DNA from: Eubacteriales bacterium
Lineage (GTDB): Bacteria; Bacillota; Clostridia; Oscillospirales; SIG627
Assembly: GCA_045658765.1 (NCBI GenBank)
Contig: JAZOVP010000010.1
Span: 1 to 48,506, forward strand
Direction of reading: 5' to 3'
DNA: 48,506 nucleotides
Shown: piece after piece, positions 10,301-19,564 of the stretch
How positions within the stretch are numbered: position 1 is the first letter of the stretch
How the letters are laid out: the number at the start of each line of letters is the position of its first letter
Program-made: the position numbers and the translations under genes
Notes under the pieces: generated by a model
What the model was told of the DNA's origin: nothing
Seen by the model: only the letters and a program-made list of their open reading frames with translations
Database searches by the model: none

Positions 10301-10886
10301 CAAAATGCCCCATCGCATCGGGAATCGAGGAAATTTTATCCAAAAAAGTCAAAACGGTATTCGAAAGCCCCGAAAGGGATCTTGCCGAGCCGAAAATGCG
10401 GCAAAGCGCCTCTCTTTTTTCTTTGTTTTCTTCGGTTTTTTCGCGAAGGAATTCTTCCATCGCCTCTTCCACCGCCTTTTCCCGCAAAAGCGCGATCCGC
10501 GCGGGATCCCCGATAGAGATCTTCCCCGTAAGGCCAAGCGCCTTCGGATATTTTCGGATCAGGGAAAAGCAAAAGGAATGGATGGTGGAAATCTGCGCGC
10601 GCGAAAGGCGCAGAAGCTGGCGGGAAAGATGCTTATTTTCCGGATTTTGTGCCACCCGCTCGGAAAGCGCGGCAAAAAGCTTTTCGGAAAGGGAATTCGC
10701 CGCGGCTTTGGTGAAGGTTACCACCGCAAGGCGCGAAGCGTCGAGCCCATTTTCTTCGGATAAAAGCTCCACCAATCGCTGGGTTAAAACGCTCGTTTTT
10801 CCGCTTCCCGCGGCGGCGCTCACCACCAAGCTTTTTCCTCGGGCTTCAATGGCCATTTTCTGATTTTCGGTCCAGTTTCTTCCCAT
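7347..10886 (-). CDS. addA: ATP-dependent helicase/nuclease subunit A
   Basis: AAAGSGKT, VDEYQD, VGDPKQSIYRFRGA, TIHKSKGLEF, LYVALTRA and C-terminal GVID..LDFKT nuclease. Start is ATG 10886 or GTG 10889. Confidence 0.95.
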   Translation of the reverse strand: MGRNWTENQKMAIEARGKSLVVSAAAGSGKTSVLTQRLVELLSEENGLDASRLAVVTFTKAAANSLSEKLFAALSERVAQNPENKHLSRQLLRLSRAQISTIHSFCFSLIRKYPKALGLTGKISIGDPARIALLREKAVEEAMEEFLREKTEENKEKREALCRIFGSARSLSGLSNTVLTFLDKISSIPDAMGHFEQILEESFLEAKKLSGREKSFFDTPAGKVIALEAMAEFSRGKATLDFLAKGLSSYSLVGEKYAPFFEERSACLAHCLDLLKEGAFWDAARFLEEGFSASMPRISKCPPEEAEIKTAFAEVHNRLKKELISFCKEHFEKTEEEMRTEWEEALFLTKEFYLLCAKAEEKFNLAKREKKILDYADLENMALLLVAEKKNGTWQKTAIGEEITEELGAVFVDEYQDSNRIQDLIFRSITRKDNLFIVGDPKQSIYRFRGAEPSIFSEYKNSLPLYPAPEGEMQKIFLSHNFRCAEPIIDLVNRIFAVMMDETARDSLYKKEDALVFSKEKAPSECTELVLMEKILEEDAERAFDEEILIRDENREAGYLADRIAKILSGKEGKQYQPEEIAVICRTHRQIALVREALAARKIPCGDAPDAVFKEKSEYLFVSSLLSALDNPSSDVPLLGALISPVFRFSADALYRIRKGAKKVPFYTAMRRFAENGEEGEVREKCRETLGELSLLREKSKTLSLPAFLFYLYRSLSISELYSDGEEVREFFLSAAETAESFGETSLSEFCRLAERSAEDLASPEESSGVRLFTIHKSKGLEFPVVFVSFLAQPFQLRDEYAPLLISERFGAQFPVLRLGGRAKVSPLSRKGARLAIHSQTLEEEKRVLYVALTRASEKLILTANPRSYATLSRDLLLASPEPFSPELSRLLIRKASSPLSLLLLSLRDCPALGQVLESGGEAEEGSFQIRLAGIEPFTEFKNDAVKAEMRASVFPEMRARMEFQYQENEMETLPKKLSVSQILRENREEEETEFYPHRLLDFENGTLKSNAAKIGTATHQVMQFADFAALFADPEREFLRLTERGFLSEEEMALVEKEKVLAFIRSDLYQRMASSPKLCREKRFNVFLPARELMRKEGEVLVQGVIDAYFENPDGTITLLDFKTDRVNPETGETILIERHAPQMRLYQKAVEAITKRKVSEMLIYSFALGKAIRIPEE

Positions 10887-13800
10887 CACGCTTCCTCCTT
10901 CCCAAAAAGTTCTTCCTTTGCAATCGAGGCGCGATATGCCCTGCGATCACATTCTTTTCTTTTGCAAAGCGGCAAATATTCACAGTAAAGGCAAGGATCG
11001 ATTTTTTTGCCCTTCGAATAAAGCGGCGCGGCTTCAATGCGCCCTTTCTTCAATTCTTCCGCAAGACGGGCAAAATCCCGCTCCACCTTTTCCTTCAAGC
11101 GCCCAATCTGCGCCATGGAAACAAGATTTGCCGCGCTGGAAGAGCGGCTCTTTCCCCAAGCCACAGGCAAAAATTCGCCCATTCCCTCAGGATCCTGCGC
11201 CGCAAGAAGCTCGGGATCGGAAACCAAAAGCCCCTTGCGCGAAAGCGAGAAAAAGGGATCGTTTTCCACTTTTTCCAAATCCTCGCGCGTATCGCAAGAA
11301 ATGGCATCCTCAAGCCCGTTTAAATAAATCACGCCTGCGGGCAAGGGAGAAATCTTTTTATTTTGATATTCAAAGCCCTCGTTCCAAAGCGCAAAAAGAT
11401 ATAAAAGCATCTGCAAATCGAGCCCGTTTGCCACATTCGTAAGCGAAAAATCATGGCCGCCCGTTTTATAATCCACCACGCGCACATATTCTTTTCCGTT
11501 TTTGCCCTGATAAAGATCCACGCGGTCGATTTCGCCGTAAAGGCAAAGATTTTTTCCGTCGGCAAGCGGAATTTGATAAGCGCCCGATAATTCGGAAAGC
11601 GATTTTTCAAAAAAGATCGGTCTGAATTCGGAAACCGCAAATTCCTTTTGCAAATTCTTAAGAAGCAAAAGGCAGCTTTTCGTGAGGATCGAGAATAAAT
11701 ATTCCGCCCGCGCATCCGAAATCTCGCCAAGCTCCGCAACCGCCTGACGAACCGCCGTTTCGTTTTCTTCTTTCAATTCCTTCGGGGTAAGCGAAGGCAG
11801 ATCCTTTTTCTTTTGGGAAAGCGAAAGGAGCACAAGCTCCATCACGCGATGCACAAAAGAGCCCGCAATGTTTGCCCCCACTTCTGCCTTCCCGCGCGCT
11901 TTTGCTTCCAAAAGATAGCGCGAAAAATAAGAAAATCGGCAAAGGGAATATTTTTCGAGCCGTGAATACACCATATTCACATCGGCACCCTCATAGGGCT
12001 TTTCTTCCGAAAGGAAAAATTCCTTGCCCGAAAAGGCCTTGCCCGCCGAAGCGGAAAGCACCCGATCGTGATATTCGGGATCCGAAAGGAAATATTCCTG
12101 CAAATTTTTCTGCTCTTCGGTATCCTTGCCAAGATTCTTCAAAAAATAGGAAAACACTTCCTCTTTGGTGGAGGGAATCGCTGTTTTCGAAGAGAAACTT
12201 TCTATTTCAAGCTTCGGAAAGAGCGCCAGCACTCTTTTTCCGATCACGCTCAAAGCACCGTTTTCCGTGCCGCTTTCGGCAGTGGTAAACGATAAAATAA
12301 GCTCCTTTTCGGCAAACGAGGCGGCAAGATAAAAATAAAAATATTCATCCGTAAGATTCTCTTCCCCGCCGGGGAGAGAAAATCCAAGCTCGGAAAGGAA
12401 AGCGCGCTCTTTTTTGGGGAAAATACCCCCGATCGGCTCGGGCGCGGGGAATACCCCGTGATTGAGCCCCAAAAGGAAAATGTATTTTGCTCCCGCAGGG
12501 CGCGAAAAGGAAACTCTGCCCACCTGCACGCGATCTTCCGAAGGCGGAAGCGCACCGGGGAGCGAAGCGGAAAGGGCAAGATTTAAAAGCTCCAAAAAGC
12601 GAGAAGCGGAGCTTTCTTTTTCGCCAAGCGCTCTGCCAAAAGAGGAAAGCGCGCCAAGAAGCGAATTCCAATGCGAAAGCACCTCGCCCGCCTTTTCAAA
12701 ATCGCCTTTTTCTTTGGCGCTTTGAATGGCAAAAGAAATTTCTCTTTCCGCACCGATTTTCGCCAGAAACTCCACAATCGCAGAAATCTTTTCTGCGTTT
12801 TTCGCAGAACAAAGCCCCTCGGAAAGGGCGCGAAGGGGCGCAAAATATTTTTCTTTTGCCGCGTTCACCTGCGCCAAAACGGCCTTTTCGCTTTCGCGCA
12901 GTTCAAAATACCCCTCGGGGTTCATGCAAAACGGCTCGGGCGAAAGCATTTTTTTGCCGTTTAAGCTCCAAGTGGAAACATATTGCTCCAAAAGGAAAAT
13001 TTCTTCCTCATCACCCGAAAATACCCCGTATTTCAGATAATTTCTCACATCCTCCTCACCCGCTTTTCCAAGCGCAATGCGAGCGCCCAAAAGCACCGTT
13101 TTGGCAAGGGGAGTATTCAGAAGCGCCTTTTTGGAATCAAGGAAGGTGGGAATCCCTTTTTCTTCAAAGGTGAGGGCAAGATTCTCTTCTCCCGCACCAT
13201 CGCGGGAAAGCACCGCAATCTCTTTCCATCGGGCACCCTCGCGCACAAGGCGAAGGCATTCCGAAGCCACCATCAAGGCCTCCTCCGAAGCCGAGGCGCA
13301 GGAAATCATGCGAAGCCCCTCGGGCTTTTCGGAAAACGCTTTGTTTCCGTTTAAAAGATTTTCTTTCAAAAAGCCAAGGGAAGTTTTTTCTTCTTCAAAA
13401 GGAATTTCAATATCAAAAGAAGGCACCGAAATCTCCTTCGCGGCGCGCAAAATGCGCGAAGCCGAGCGAAGCGGAAGCGAAAAAAGCTCGGGCTCGGATT
13501 TTTTTGCGGCGAAAGTGATGTATACCTCTTCTGCCTGCAGAAGGATTCTTTGAATCAATTTCTCCTGAGGCACGGTGAAATCCCAAAAGCCATCAATCAA
13601 AACCGTGCTCCCCGCAAAAAAGGGATAGGATTCCAAAATCCGCGCAAGGCGCTCGGGCTCTTCTTCAGGATCGGAAAAGCGCTCGCCCATCGCATCAAAA
13701 AAAGCAGCGGATAATTTTGCCGTTTGAGCCAGCTTTTCGCGGAATTCCAAACCAAAGTTTTCGCTTTCGGCAAGGCGCGAAAGGGTTTTGGCATTCAGCC

Positions 13801-14185
13801 CCGCGCGCGAGAGCTCGGCAAGATGAGAAGATAATTCCGTGATCGAATCGGCATCGCTTTTCAAATCCAAAAGAGCGCAATTTTCTTTCACTTCTTCCAC
13901 ACATTCGGAAAGGAGCATTTTCTTTTCGGCATCGCCGATGCACTTTTTGCTCAAAAGCCCGTATTCGCGAAGAACCACATTCGGCAATCGCGAAAAATTG
14001 CAAATTTCCACCCCTTCATTCGATTCGGGGCCAAGGCGCAAAAGAACTTCTTTTTCCACACTCGCCGATTCCTGCTCAGGCACCACAAAATAAACCTTTT
14101 TTCCCTGCAAAAAGGCCTCTTTTGCTTTTTGAAACAAAAGTTCCCGTTTCCCTGCCCCCACCGGCGCGATCACGCGATAAAGCAT
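10886..14185 (-). CDS. addB: ATP-dependent helicase/nuclease subunit B
   Basis: Degenerate Walker A (GAGK), PD-(D/E)XK nuclease (GEIDRVD..VDYKTG) and Fe-S staple cysteines (LCRFSYF..CLYCEYLPLC). Coupled to addA. Confidence 0.92.
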   Translation of the reverse strand: MLYRVIAPVGAGKRELLFQKAKEAFLQGKKVYFVVPEQESASVEKEVLLRLGPESNEGVEICNFSRLPNVVLREYGLLSKKCIGDAEKKMLLSECVEEVKENCALLDLKSDADSITELSSHLAELSRAGLNAKTLSRLAESENFGLEFREKLAQTAKLSAAFFDAMGERFSDPEEEPERLARILESYPFFAGSTVLIDGFWDFTVPQEKLIQRILLQAEEVYITFAAKKSEPELFSLPLRSASRILRAAKEISVPSFDIEIPFEEEKTSLGFLKENLLNGNKAFSEKPEGLRMISCASASEEALMVASECLRLVREGARWKEIAVLSRDGAGEENLALTFEEKGIPTFLDSKKALLNTPLAKTVLLGARIALGKAGEEDVRNYLKYGVFSGDEEEIFLLEQYVSTWSLNGKKMLSPEPFCMNPEGYFELRESEKAVLAQVNAAKEKYFAPLRALSEGLCSAKNAEKISAIVEFLAKIGAEREISFAIQSAKEKGDFEKAGEVLSHWNSLLGALSSFGRALGEKESSASRFLELLNLALSASLPGALPPSEDRVQVGRVSFSRPAGAKYIFLLGLNHGVFPAPEPIGGIFPKKERAFLSELGFSLPGGEENLTDEYFYFYLAASFAEKELILSFTTAESGTENGALSVIGKRVLALFPKLEIESFSSKTAIPSTKEEVFSYFLKNLGKDTEEQKNLQEYFLSDPEYHDRVLSASAGKAFSGKEFFLSEEKPYEGADVNMVYSRLEKYSLCRFSYFSRYLLEAKARGKAEVGANIAGSFVHRVMELVLLSLSQKKKDLPSLTPKELKEENETAVRQAVAELGEISDARAEYLFSILTKSCLLLLKNLQKEFAVSEFRPIFFEKSLSELSGAYQIPLADGKNLCLYGEIDRVDLYQGKNGKEYVRVVDYKTGGHDFSLTNVANGLDLQMLLYLFALWNEGFEYQNKKISPLPAGVIYLNGLEDAISCDTREDLEKVENDPFFSLSRKGLLVSDPELLAAQDPEGMGEFLPVAWGKSRSSSAANLVSMAQIGRLKEKVERDFARLAEELKKGRIEAAPLYSKGKKIDPCLYCEYLPLCKRKECDRRAYRASIAKEELFGKEEA

Positions 14186-14314
14186 CTTCTCTTCCGTCCT
14201 CTCTGTTTTTTTATCATTTTAGCAAATCACTTGTCCCAAAAACGGGACTGAACTTGCAGAAAATCTCTTTTTTCTTTCTTTTATCATACAATAAACCCGA
14301 AAAAAAAGCAACCA

Positions 14315-14346
14315 AAACAAAAGCAGTCGGCAATAAAGCCGACTGC
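14315..14346 (-). terminator. Terminator after the VIT1 gene
   Basis: GCAGTCGGC/GCCGACTGC stem, then TTTTGTTTT on the minus strand. Confidence 0.7.
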
Positions 14347-14366
14347 AAGCAAATTTCCCTTTTCTT

Positions 14367-15248
14367 TTAAATCTCAACTCCCAAAAACTGCTTTGCCAAA
14401 AGGCCAACCACAAACGAAATCACCGCCACGCTCAAGCTGATGCCCGCCATTTCAAAAAAGCGCGAGCCGAAGGGCTGATCCTGCGCGATGGAGGTATAGA
14501 AGGTGAATCCTGCAATGATGGCAATGATAATCGCAAGCATGGTAAGAAGCGCGGGCAAATAAGCACTCGCACCGAAAAGCAAATAAGGAAGCACCATCAA
14601 AACAACCGTAACAAGATAGGCAAAGCCCGTATAGCAGCAGGCCTTCACCGCATCTTTTCTGCCTTCGCTTTTGGCAGATAAAAATTCGCTCGATGCCATG
14701 GAAAAGGTGGCAGAAATGCCAACAATCAGCCCCGAAAGCGCAACCTGACGGGTGTTTTGCATGGCAAATGTAAAGCCAACAATACTGCCCGTGAGTTCCA
14801 CCAGAGCATCCGAAAGCCCAAGCACCATACTGCCCACATAGCGAAGCGATTCTTCATCCAGCATTTCAAGCAGTGCCGCTTCGTGCGCCGCTTCATCGGC
14901 ACGGATTTTTTTGCTCTCTTCCACTTCTTTTTCCAAAAGCGCATATTCTTCCTGCGCGCCTTCTTCGCCCTTTTCCATCCATTTCACGGCAAACGTGAAG
15001 CCAAGGGTGCGCGCAAGCGCGGTATACCAAAAGATTTTCAGGCGATTCGGCTTTTTCTCTTCGCCCGTATAGCTTTTCCAAATTTCATAATGCGCCTTTT
15101 CCTCGGCGGCAAGGCGAAGAAGGGTTTCTTTATTTTTCTCGCCTTTGGCAAATTTTGCAATGTTTTTATAAATGATGCTCTCGTTGAGTTCATTCTGCTG
15201 CATTTTGCGAATGATCTTGAGCGCCGCTTCCGATCGTATTTTTTTCAT
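14367..15248 (-). CDS. VIT1/CCC1 transporter family protein with N-terminal rubrerythrin/ferritin-like domain
   Basis: E..Y and EEKAH / DEAAH diiron-like motifs. Membrane domain with VLGLSDALVE and SMASSEFLS. Confidence 0.88.
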   Translation of the reverse strand: MKKIRSEAALKIIRKMQQNELNESIIYKNIAKFAKGEKNKETLLRLAAEEKAHYEIWKSYTGEEKKPNRLKIFWYTALARTLGFTFAVKWMEKGEEGAQEEYALLEKEVEESKKIRADEAAHEAALLEMLDEESLRYVGSMVLGLSDALVELTGSIVGFTFAMQNTRQVALSGLIVGISATFSMASSEFLSAKSEGRKDAVKACCYTGFAYLVTVVLMVLPYLLFGASAYLPALLTMLAIIIAIIAGFTFYTSIAQDQPFGSRFFEMAGISLSVAVISFVVGLLAKQFLGVEI

Positions 15249-16258
15249 TGTTTCTCTCCTGAAATTAAATTTTCAAAGCCAAATTTTTCTGCGGTTTTAT
15301 CTCTGCAATCAATCAAATCAACCCTTGCCTCTTCATCGGCATAAATCTCGGCAGGACTTGCAAAAACGCAATCCGAAAATTGCATCGCCGTTTTTCCGAG
15401 CGCTTCAATCTTCACCCCGCCGCCAATGCGAAAGCCCGAAAAATCAATGCCTTTGCAGTTTTCGGCAATGATTTTTCCCCCGCCAAGCTGGCAAGCGGAA
15501 AAATGATATCCGATGGTAACCCTGCGAAGCTCAATCGCGGTTCCGTGATTTCCTCCACTATGCTGGAAGGTGCATCCGACCACCGTGCCGTGGCCGTGAT
15601 TGGGCGACTTTTTTTCGCTGTTGTCGATCAAAAAGCCGATGGTATTTCCATCAAACGAGCAAGCGGAAAACACATTGTTGCCCCCGTTGTTGATACAGCC
15701 GTAAAGGTTGCGGGTGGTATGGATATTGGTGAATTTATGGAATTCGCTGAAATACGCAATATTCAGCCCCGCGCCGCATCCGTGAATCCGCATATTGGTG
15801 GCCGAAATCGAGCAGTCGATGTTGTATCCCGTGCCGATGCAGGTGATCCCGCCGCCCGAGAACTTTTGAATAAAAAGATCGGAAAGAAGAATATCCTGAT
15901 CTGCCGCCTTTCGATCCGCCGGATCATCCTCGCCCAAAAAGCAAATGCCATGGCGAGTGCCAACTTCGGTGGGACGGGGAAATTCTCCTTCATGCCCCGT
16001 AAAGGCAAGATTTTTCACCGTGCACCGAGTGGAAAGTTCCACTGCCGCGCCTTCTTCCACTTCAGGCAAAAGCACAATCTCGCTCGCCGCACCAAGCCCG
16101 AAAATCGAAGTGCCCGCGGGCATTTTGATCCCCGAAACATAAAATTTTCCCGTGCCGAGCAAGGCGGCTTTATGATCGGAAAGCAATTTTTCAATTTCTT
16201 TGCTTCGATCGGTTTGATCTCCTGTGGAAGCAAGAAAATAAGGAAACATCGAATTCAT
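15245..16258 (-). CDS. Right-handed parallel beta-helix (pectin lyase-like) protein, paralog A
   Basis: 337 aa from the ATG after RBS GGAGG. N-terminal GDQTDRS..I..LL and Gly/Asn/Cys-rich coil repeats. The fold call is an inference. Confidence 0.65.
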   Translation of the reverse strand: MNSMFPYFLASTGDQTDRSKEIEKLLSDHKAALLGTGKFYVSGIKMPAGTSIFGLGAASEIVLLPEVEEGAAVELSTRCTVKNLAFTGHEGEFPRPTEVGTRHGICFLGEDDPADRKAADQDILLSDLFIQKFSGGGITCIGTGYNIDCSISATNMRIHGCGAGLNIAYFSEFHKFTNIHTTRNLYGCINNGGNNVFSACSFDGNTIGFLIDNSEKKSPNHGHGTVVGCTFQHSGGNHGTAIELRRVTIGYHFSACQLGGGKIIAENCKGIDFSGFRIGGGVKIEALGKTAMQFSDCVFASPAEIYADEEARVDLIDCRDKTAEKFGFENLISGEKQ

Positions 16259-16285
16259 TTTTCTTTTCCTCCGAGCATTTTTTTC

Positions 16286-16314
16286 ATTGTAACCCAAATC
16301 CCCTCTCAATGCAA
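16286..16314 (-). promoter_or_regulatory. sigma-A-type promoter of paralog A and the VIT1 gene
   Basis: TTGCAT-17-TACAAT on the minus strand. Confidence 0.6.
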
Positions 16315-16371
16315 CAAAAAAGCACATTTTTCCCCAAATTTTGCATAAAAATCCCCCGCAAAGAAAAAAAG

Positions 16372-16401
16372 AAAAGAGGCCTTTTTGAAAAGACCTCTTT
16401 T
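16372..16401 (-). terminator. Terminator between the two paralogs
   Basis: AAAAGAGG..CCTCTTTT stem followed by T tracts on the minus strand. Confidence 0.65.
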
Positions 16402-16405
16402 TGCT

Positions 16406-17398
16406 TTAATTTCCGAATTCAATTGTTTCGCCGTAGCGATCATGGCACCCGATCGCCAAAAGGCGCGCCTCTTGATCAAGGGTAATTTCGGGCGGGAAGG
16501 CAAAAATGCAATCGGTGAATCTCACAAGCCCCTTGCCCGATACCGAAATCGGTATCACTCCGCAGGAATTCAAATTTGCAAATTGCACCCCGCGGCACTT
16601 TTGGCAGATAATCTTCGATCCGCCCATCTGGCACGCGGAAAACACAAAGCCCGAATCCACCCCAAGAAGCATAATGCCGATGCCCTCATTGAAATCGGAA
16701 TGATTGAAGGTGCATCCGATCGCGCTTCCGTGGGCAAAATTATGGGATTGCTTTTGGCTGTTGTCCATCAAAAAGCCGATTTTGTTTCGATCAAAGGAGC
16801 ATCCCGAAAACACATTGTTGCCCCCGTTGTTGATACAGCCGAAATGATTCCAAGTGCAATAAATATTGGAAAATTTATGGTATTCGCTAAAGCGGGAAAG
16901 ATTCAGCCCCGCCCCGCAATAGGAAATGCGAATGTTGTTTCCTGCAATCGAGGCATCGGTGGAATATCCCGTATCGAGCCCCGTGATGCCGCCGCCCGAG
17001 AACTTTTGAATAAAAAGATCGGAAAGGATCACGCGGGTAATATCTTCCCCTTTGATTCCGGGAATTTGCTTGCCCAAAAATCCGATGCCGTGGCGAGTGC
17101 CAAGCTTTTCGGGAATGGGAAATTCTCCTTCTGCCCCCGTGATGGCAAGATGGCTTACCGTGCAAGAAGAGCCGAGGGTGATGGCATATCCTTCTTTCAC
17201 CTCATCGAGCAAAATGATTTCGCTCGCCGCACCAAAGCCAAAAAGAGCGGTGGCATCGGGCATTTTGATCCCCGAAACATAAAATTTTCCCGTGCCGAGC
17301 ATCACCGCGCCATGGGAAATCAGCGCCGTTTCAATTTCGGCACTCCGATCGGTTTGATCGCCCGTGGCAAAAAGCAGATAAGGATTTTTTTGTTCCAT
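16406..17398 (-). CDS. Right-handed parallel beta-helix (pectin lyase-like) protein, paralog B
   Basis: 330 aa from the ATG after GGAGG. Colinear paralog of 15245-16258 (shared LGTGKFYVSGIKMP, LSDLFIQKFSGGGIT, GCINNGGNNVFS). Confidence 0.65.
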   Translation of the reverse strand: MEQKNPYLLFATGDQTDRSAEIETALISHGAVMLGTGKFYVSGIKMPDATALFGFGAASEIILLDEVKEGYAITLGSSCTVSHLAITGAEGEFPIPEKLGTRHGIGFLGKQIPGIKGEDITRVILSDLFIQKFSGGGITGLDTGYSTDASIAGNNIRISYCGAGLNLSRFSEYHKFSNIYCTWNHFGCINNGGNNVFSGCSFDRNKIGFLMDNSQKQSHNFAHGSAIGCTFNHSDFNEGIGIMLLGVDSGFVFSACQMGGSKIICQKCRGVQFANLNSCGVIPISVSGKGLVRFTDCIFAFPPEITLDQEARLLAIGCHDRYGETIEFGN

Positions 17399-17426
17399 AA
17401 AGCCCTCCCAAAGATTCTCTTTTTTT

Positions 17427-17455
17427 ATTCTAGCGTATCGATCGCGCCTTTGCAA
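17427..17455 (-). promoter_or_regulatory. sigma-A-type promoter of paralog B
   Basis: TTGCAA-17-TAGAAT on the minus strand. Confidence 0.55.
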
Positions 17456-17474
17456 GAACTTTCGGGAAAACAAA

Positions 17475-17505
17475 AAAACAACCTCGGAAAATCCGAGGTT
17501 GTTTT
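17475..17505 (-). terminator. thrS terminator, palindrome family copy 3
   Basis: AAAACAACCTCGGA-aaa-TCCGAGGTTGTTTT. Confidence 0.8.
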
Positions 17506-17509
17506 CTTA

Positions 17510-19288
17510 TTACTTTTGCTTCTTTTCGGTTACCACATCAGATAAAATCGCTTCGAATTCCGCAAGGGAAATCGCGCCCAGATCTTCGCCCGAACGGTGG
17601 CGCACGGAAACGGTTTTATTTTCCATATCCTTATCGCCCAAAATGATCATATAAGGCACTTTTTCCATCTGCGCACCGCGGATCTTATAGCGAAGGGTGT
17701 TCTGCGAATCATCCACACTCACGCGATATTTTTTCGCGGCAAGCTCTTTTCTGATTTCTTCGGCATATTCAAGCGCGCGATCGGTGATCGGCAGAATACG
17801 AACCTGCTCGGGCGCCATCCAAGTGGGAAGCGCACCTGCGAATTTTTCGATGAGATATGCCAAGGTTCTTTCATAGCAGCCAAGGGAAGTGCGGTGAATA
17901 ATATAAGGAAGCTTTTTCTGACCGTCGGAATCAATATAAGTCATGCCGAATTTTTCTGCAAGGAGCATATCGATCTGAATGGTAACAATGGTATCTTCCT
18001 TGCCAAACACATTTTTATATTGAATATCGAGCTTGGGCCCGTAGAAGGCGGCTTCGTCGATTCCGATTTCGTATTTCACCCCAAGATCATCGAGGATCTT
18101 GCCCATAATCGCCTGCGCTTCTTCCCACTGCTCGGCAGAGCCTTCATACTTTTTGGAATTATTCGGATCCCACTGCGAAAAACGGAAGGTGCAGTTTTCC
18201 AAAAGGCCAACCGTTTCAAGGAAATATTTGGAAAGGGAAAGGCATCCCTCAAATTCCTTTGCAAGCTGATCGGGGCGAAGCACCAAGTGGCCCTCGGAAA
18301 TGGTGAATTGGCGCACGCGAATCAAGCCGTGCATTTCGCCGGAATCCTCGTTGCGGAAAAGGGTGGAGGTTTCGCCGAGGCGCATCGGAAGATCGCGATA
18401 GCTTCTTGCTTCGTTTAAATATACCTGATACTGGAAGGGGCAAGTCATCGGACGAAGCGCCAAGCACTCTTTTTCTTCATCCATCGGATCGCCCAAAATA
18501 AACATGCCGTCGCGGTAATGATCCCAGTGGCCCGAAATGCGATAAAGATCGCGCTTTGCCATGAGAGGGGTTTTGGTTAAAAGATAGCCGTTTTGCTCTT
18601 CCATATCTTCCACCCATCTCTGCAAAAGCTGAATCACTCTCGCGCCCTTGGGAAGAAGCACGGGAAGGCCCTGACCGATGGAATCTACCGTGGTGAAAAA
18701 GCCAAGCTCGCGGCCGAGTTTATTGTGATCGCGCTTTCTTGCTTCTTCGCGCGCGGTAAGGAAAGCATCGAGCTCTTCCTTCTTTTGGAAGGAAATGCCG
18801 TAAATTCTTTGCAGCATTTTATTTTTTTCATCGCCGCGCCAATAAGCGCCCGTGGCGGAAAGAAGCTTGATTGCATTTCCCTTCACTCTGCCCGTGGAAT
18901 CAAGATGCGGGCCGGCGCAAAGATCGGTGAATTCCCCTTGCTTATAAAAGGAAATTTCCTCGCCCTCGGGAAGATCCTCGATCAATTCCACCTTATAGGG
19001 CTCTTCTGCCATCAGCGAAAGGGCTTCGGCTTTGGGAAGCACAAAACGCTCCAAAGGAAGCTTTTCCTTGCAGATTTTTTTCATTTCCGCTTCGATTTCT
19101 TCCAAATCTTCGGAAGAGATCGAGCGATCCAGATCAATGTCGTAATACCAGCCCTCTTTGGTTGCGGGGCCGATGGCAAGTTTTACCTGCGGGAATTTTC
19201 TTTTGATCGCCTGCGCCATAATATGGGAGCAAGTGTGCCAATAACGGTGCTTGAATTCCGGATTTTCAAAAGAATATTCGTTTTCCAT
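17510..19288 (-). CDS. thrS: Threonine--tRNA ligase (lacks the N-terminal TGS domain)
   Basis: Editing motifs HTCSH and DLCAGPH, plus RDHNKLG, LRPMTCP, AFYGPKLD. RBS GGAGG favours ATG 19288. Confidence 0.98.
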   Translation of the reverse strand: MENEYSFENPEFKHRYWHTCSHIMAQAIKRKFPQVKLAIGPATKEGWYYDIDLDRSISSEDLEEIEAEMKKICKEKLPLERFVLPKAEALSLMAEEPYKVELIEDLPEGEEISFYKQGEFTDLCAGPHLDSTGRVKGNAIKLLSATGAYWRGDEKNKMLQRIYGISFQKKEELDAFLTAREEARKRDHNKLGRELGFFTTVDSIGQGLPVLLPKGARVIQLLQRWVEDMEEQNGYLLTKTPLMAKRDLYRISGHWDHYRDGMFILGDPMDEEKECLALRPMTCPFQYQVYLNEARSYRDLPMRLGETSTLFRNEDSGEMHGLIRVRQFTISEGHLVLRPDQLAKEFEGCLSLSKYFLETVGLLENCTFRFSQWDPNNSKKYEGSAEQWEEAQAIMGKILDDLGVKYEIGIDEAAFYGPKLDIQYKNVFGKEDTIVTIQIDMLLAEKFGMTYIDSDGQKKLPYIIHRTSLGCYERTLAYLIEKFAGALPTWMAPEQVRILPITDRALEYAEEIRKELAAKKYRVSVDDSQNTLRYKIRGAQMEKVPYMIILGDKDMENKTVSVRHRSGEDLGAISLAEFEAILSDVVTEKKQK

Positions 19289-19300
19289 AATTTCCTCCAT

Positions 19301-19528
19301 AAAAAAATCCCATCCCCGACGTTTTGTCAGGGGTGGGATAAAAATATCTCACGGTTCCACCCTGCTTATAGGTTTCCCTATCGCTTTTCACGGCAGTAAC
19401 GGGCCTACCCGATCGGCTCTTCACCGATGGCTCCGAGGTGGTGGCAACGAGGCAAACAGAAAGGAATTTTCAGCCGCGATTCCTTCTCTCTGGCAGTTCT
19501 TAATCGAAGTCGTGTCCTCTTCAACGCT
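19301..19528 (-). ncRNA. T-box riboswitch leader (Thr)
   Basis: Minus strand: stem I with AGAGA and GCTGA motifs, specifier ACC (19440-19442), T-box AGCAGGGTGGAACCGTG, then terminator ATCCCACCCCTGAC..GTCGGGGATGGGAT plus a T tract. Confidence 0.93.
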
Positions 19529-19535
19529 TTTTTTC

Positions 19536-19564
19536 ATCATATCATATTTCTCTTTTTCTGTCAA
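19536..19564 (-). promoter_or_regulatory. sigma-A promoter of thrS
   Basis: TTGACA-17-(TGn)TATGAT. Confidence 0.75.
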
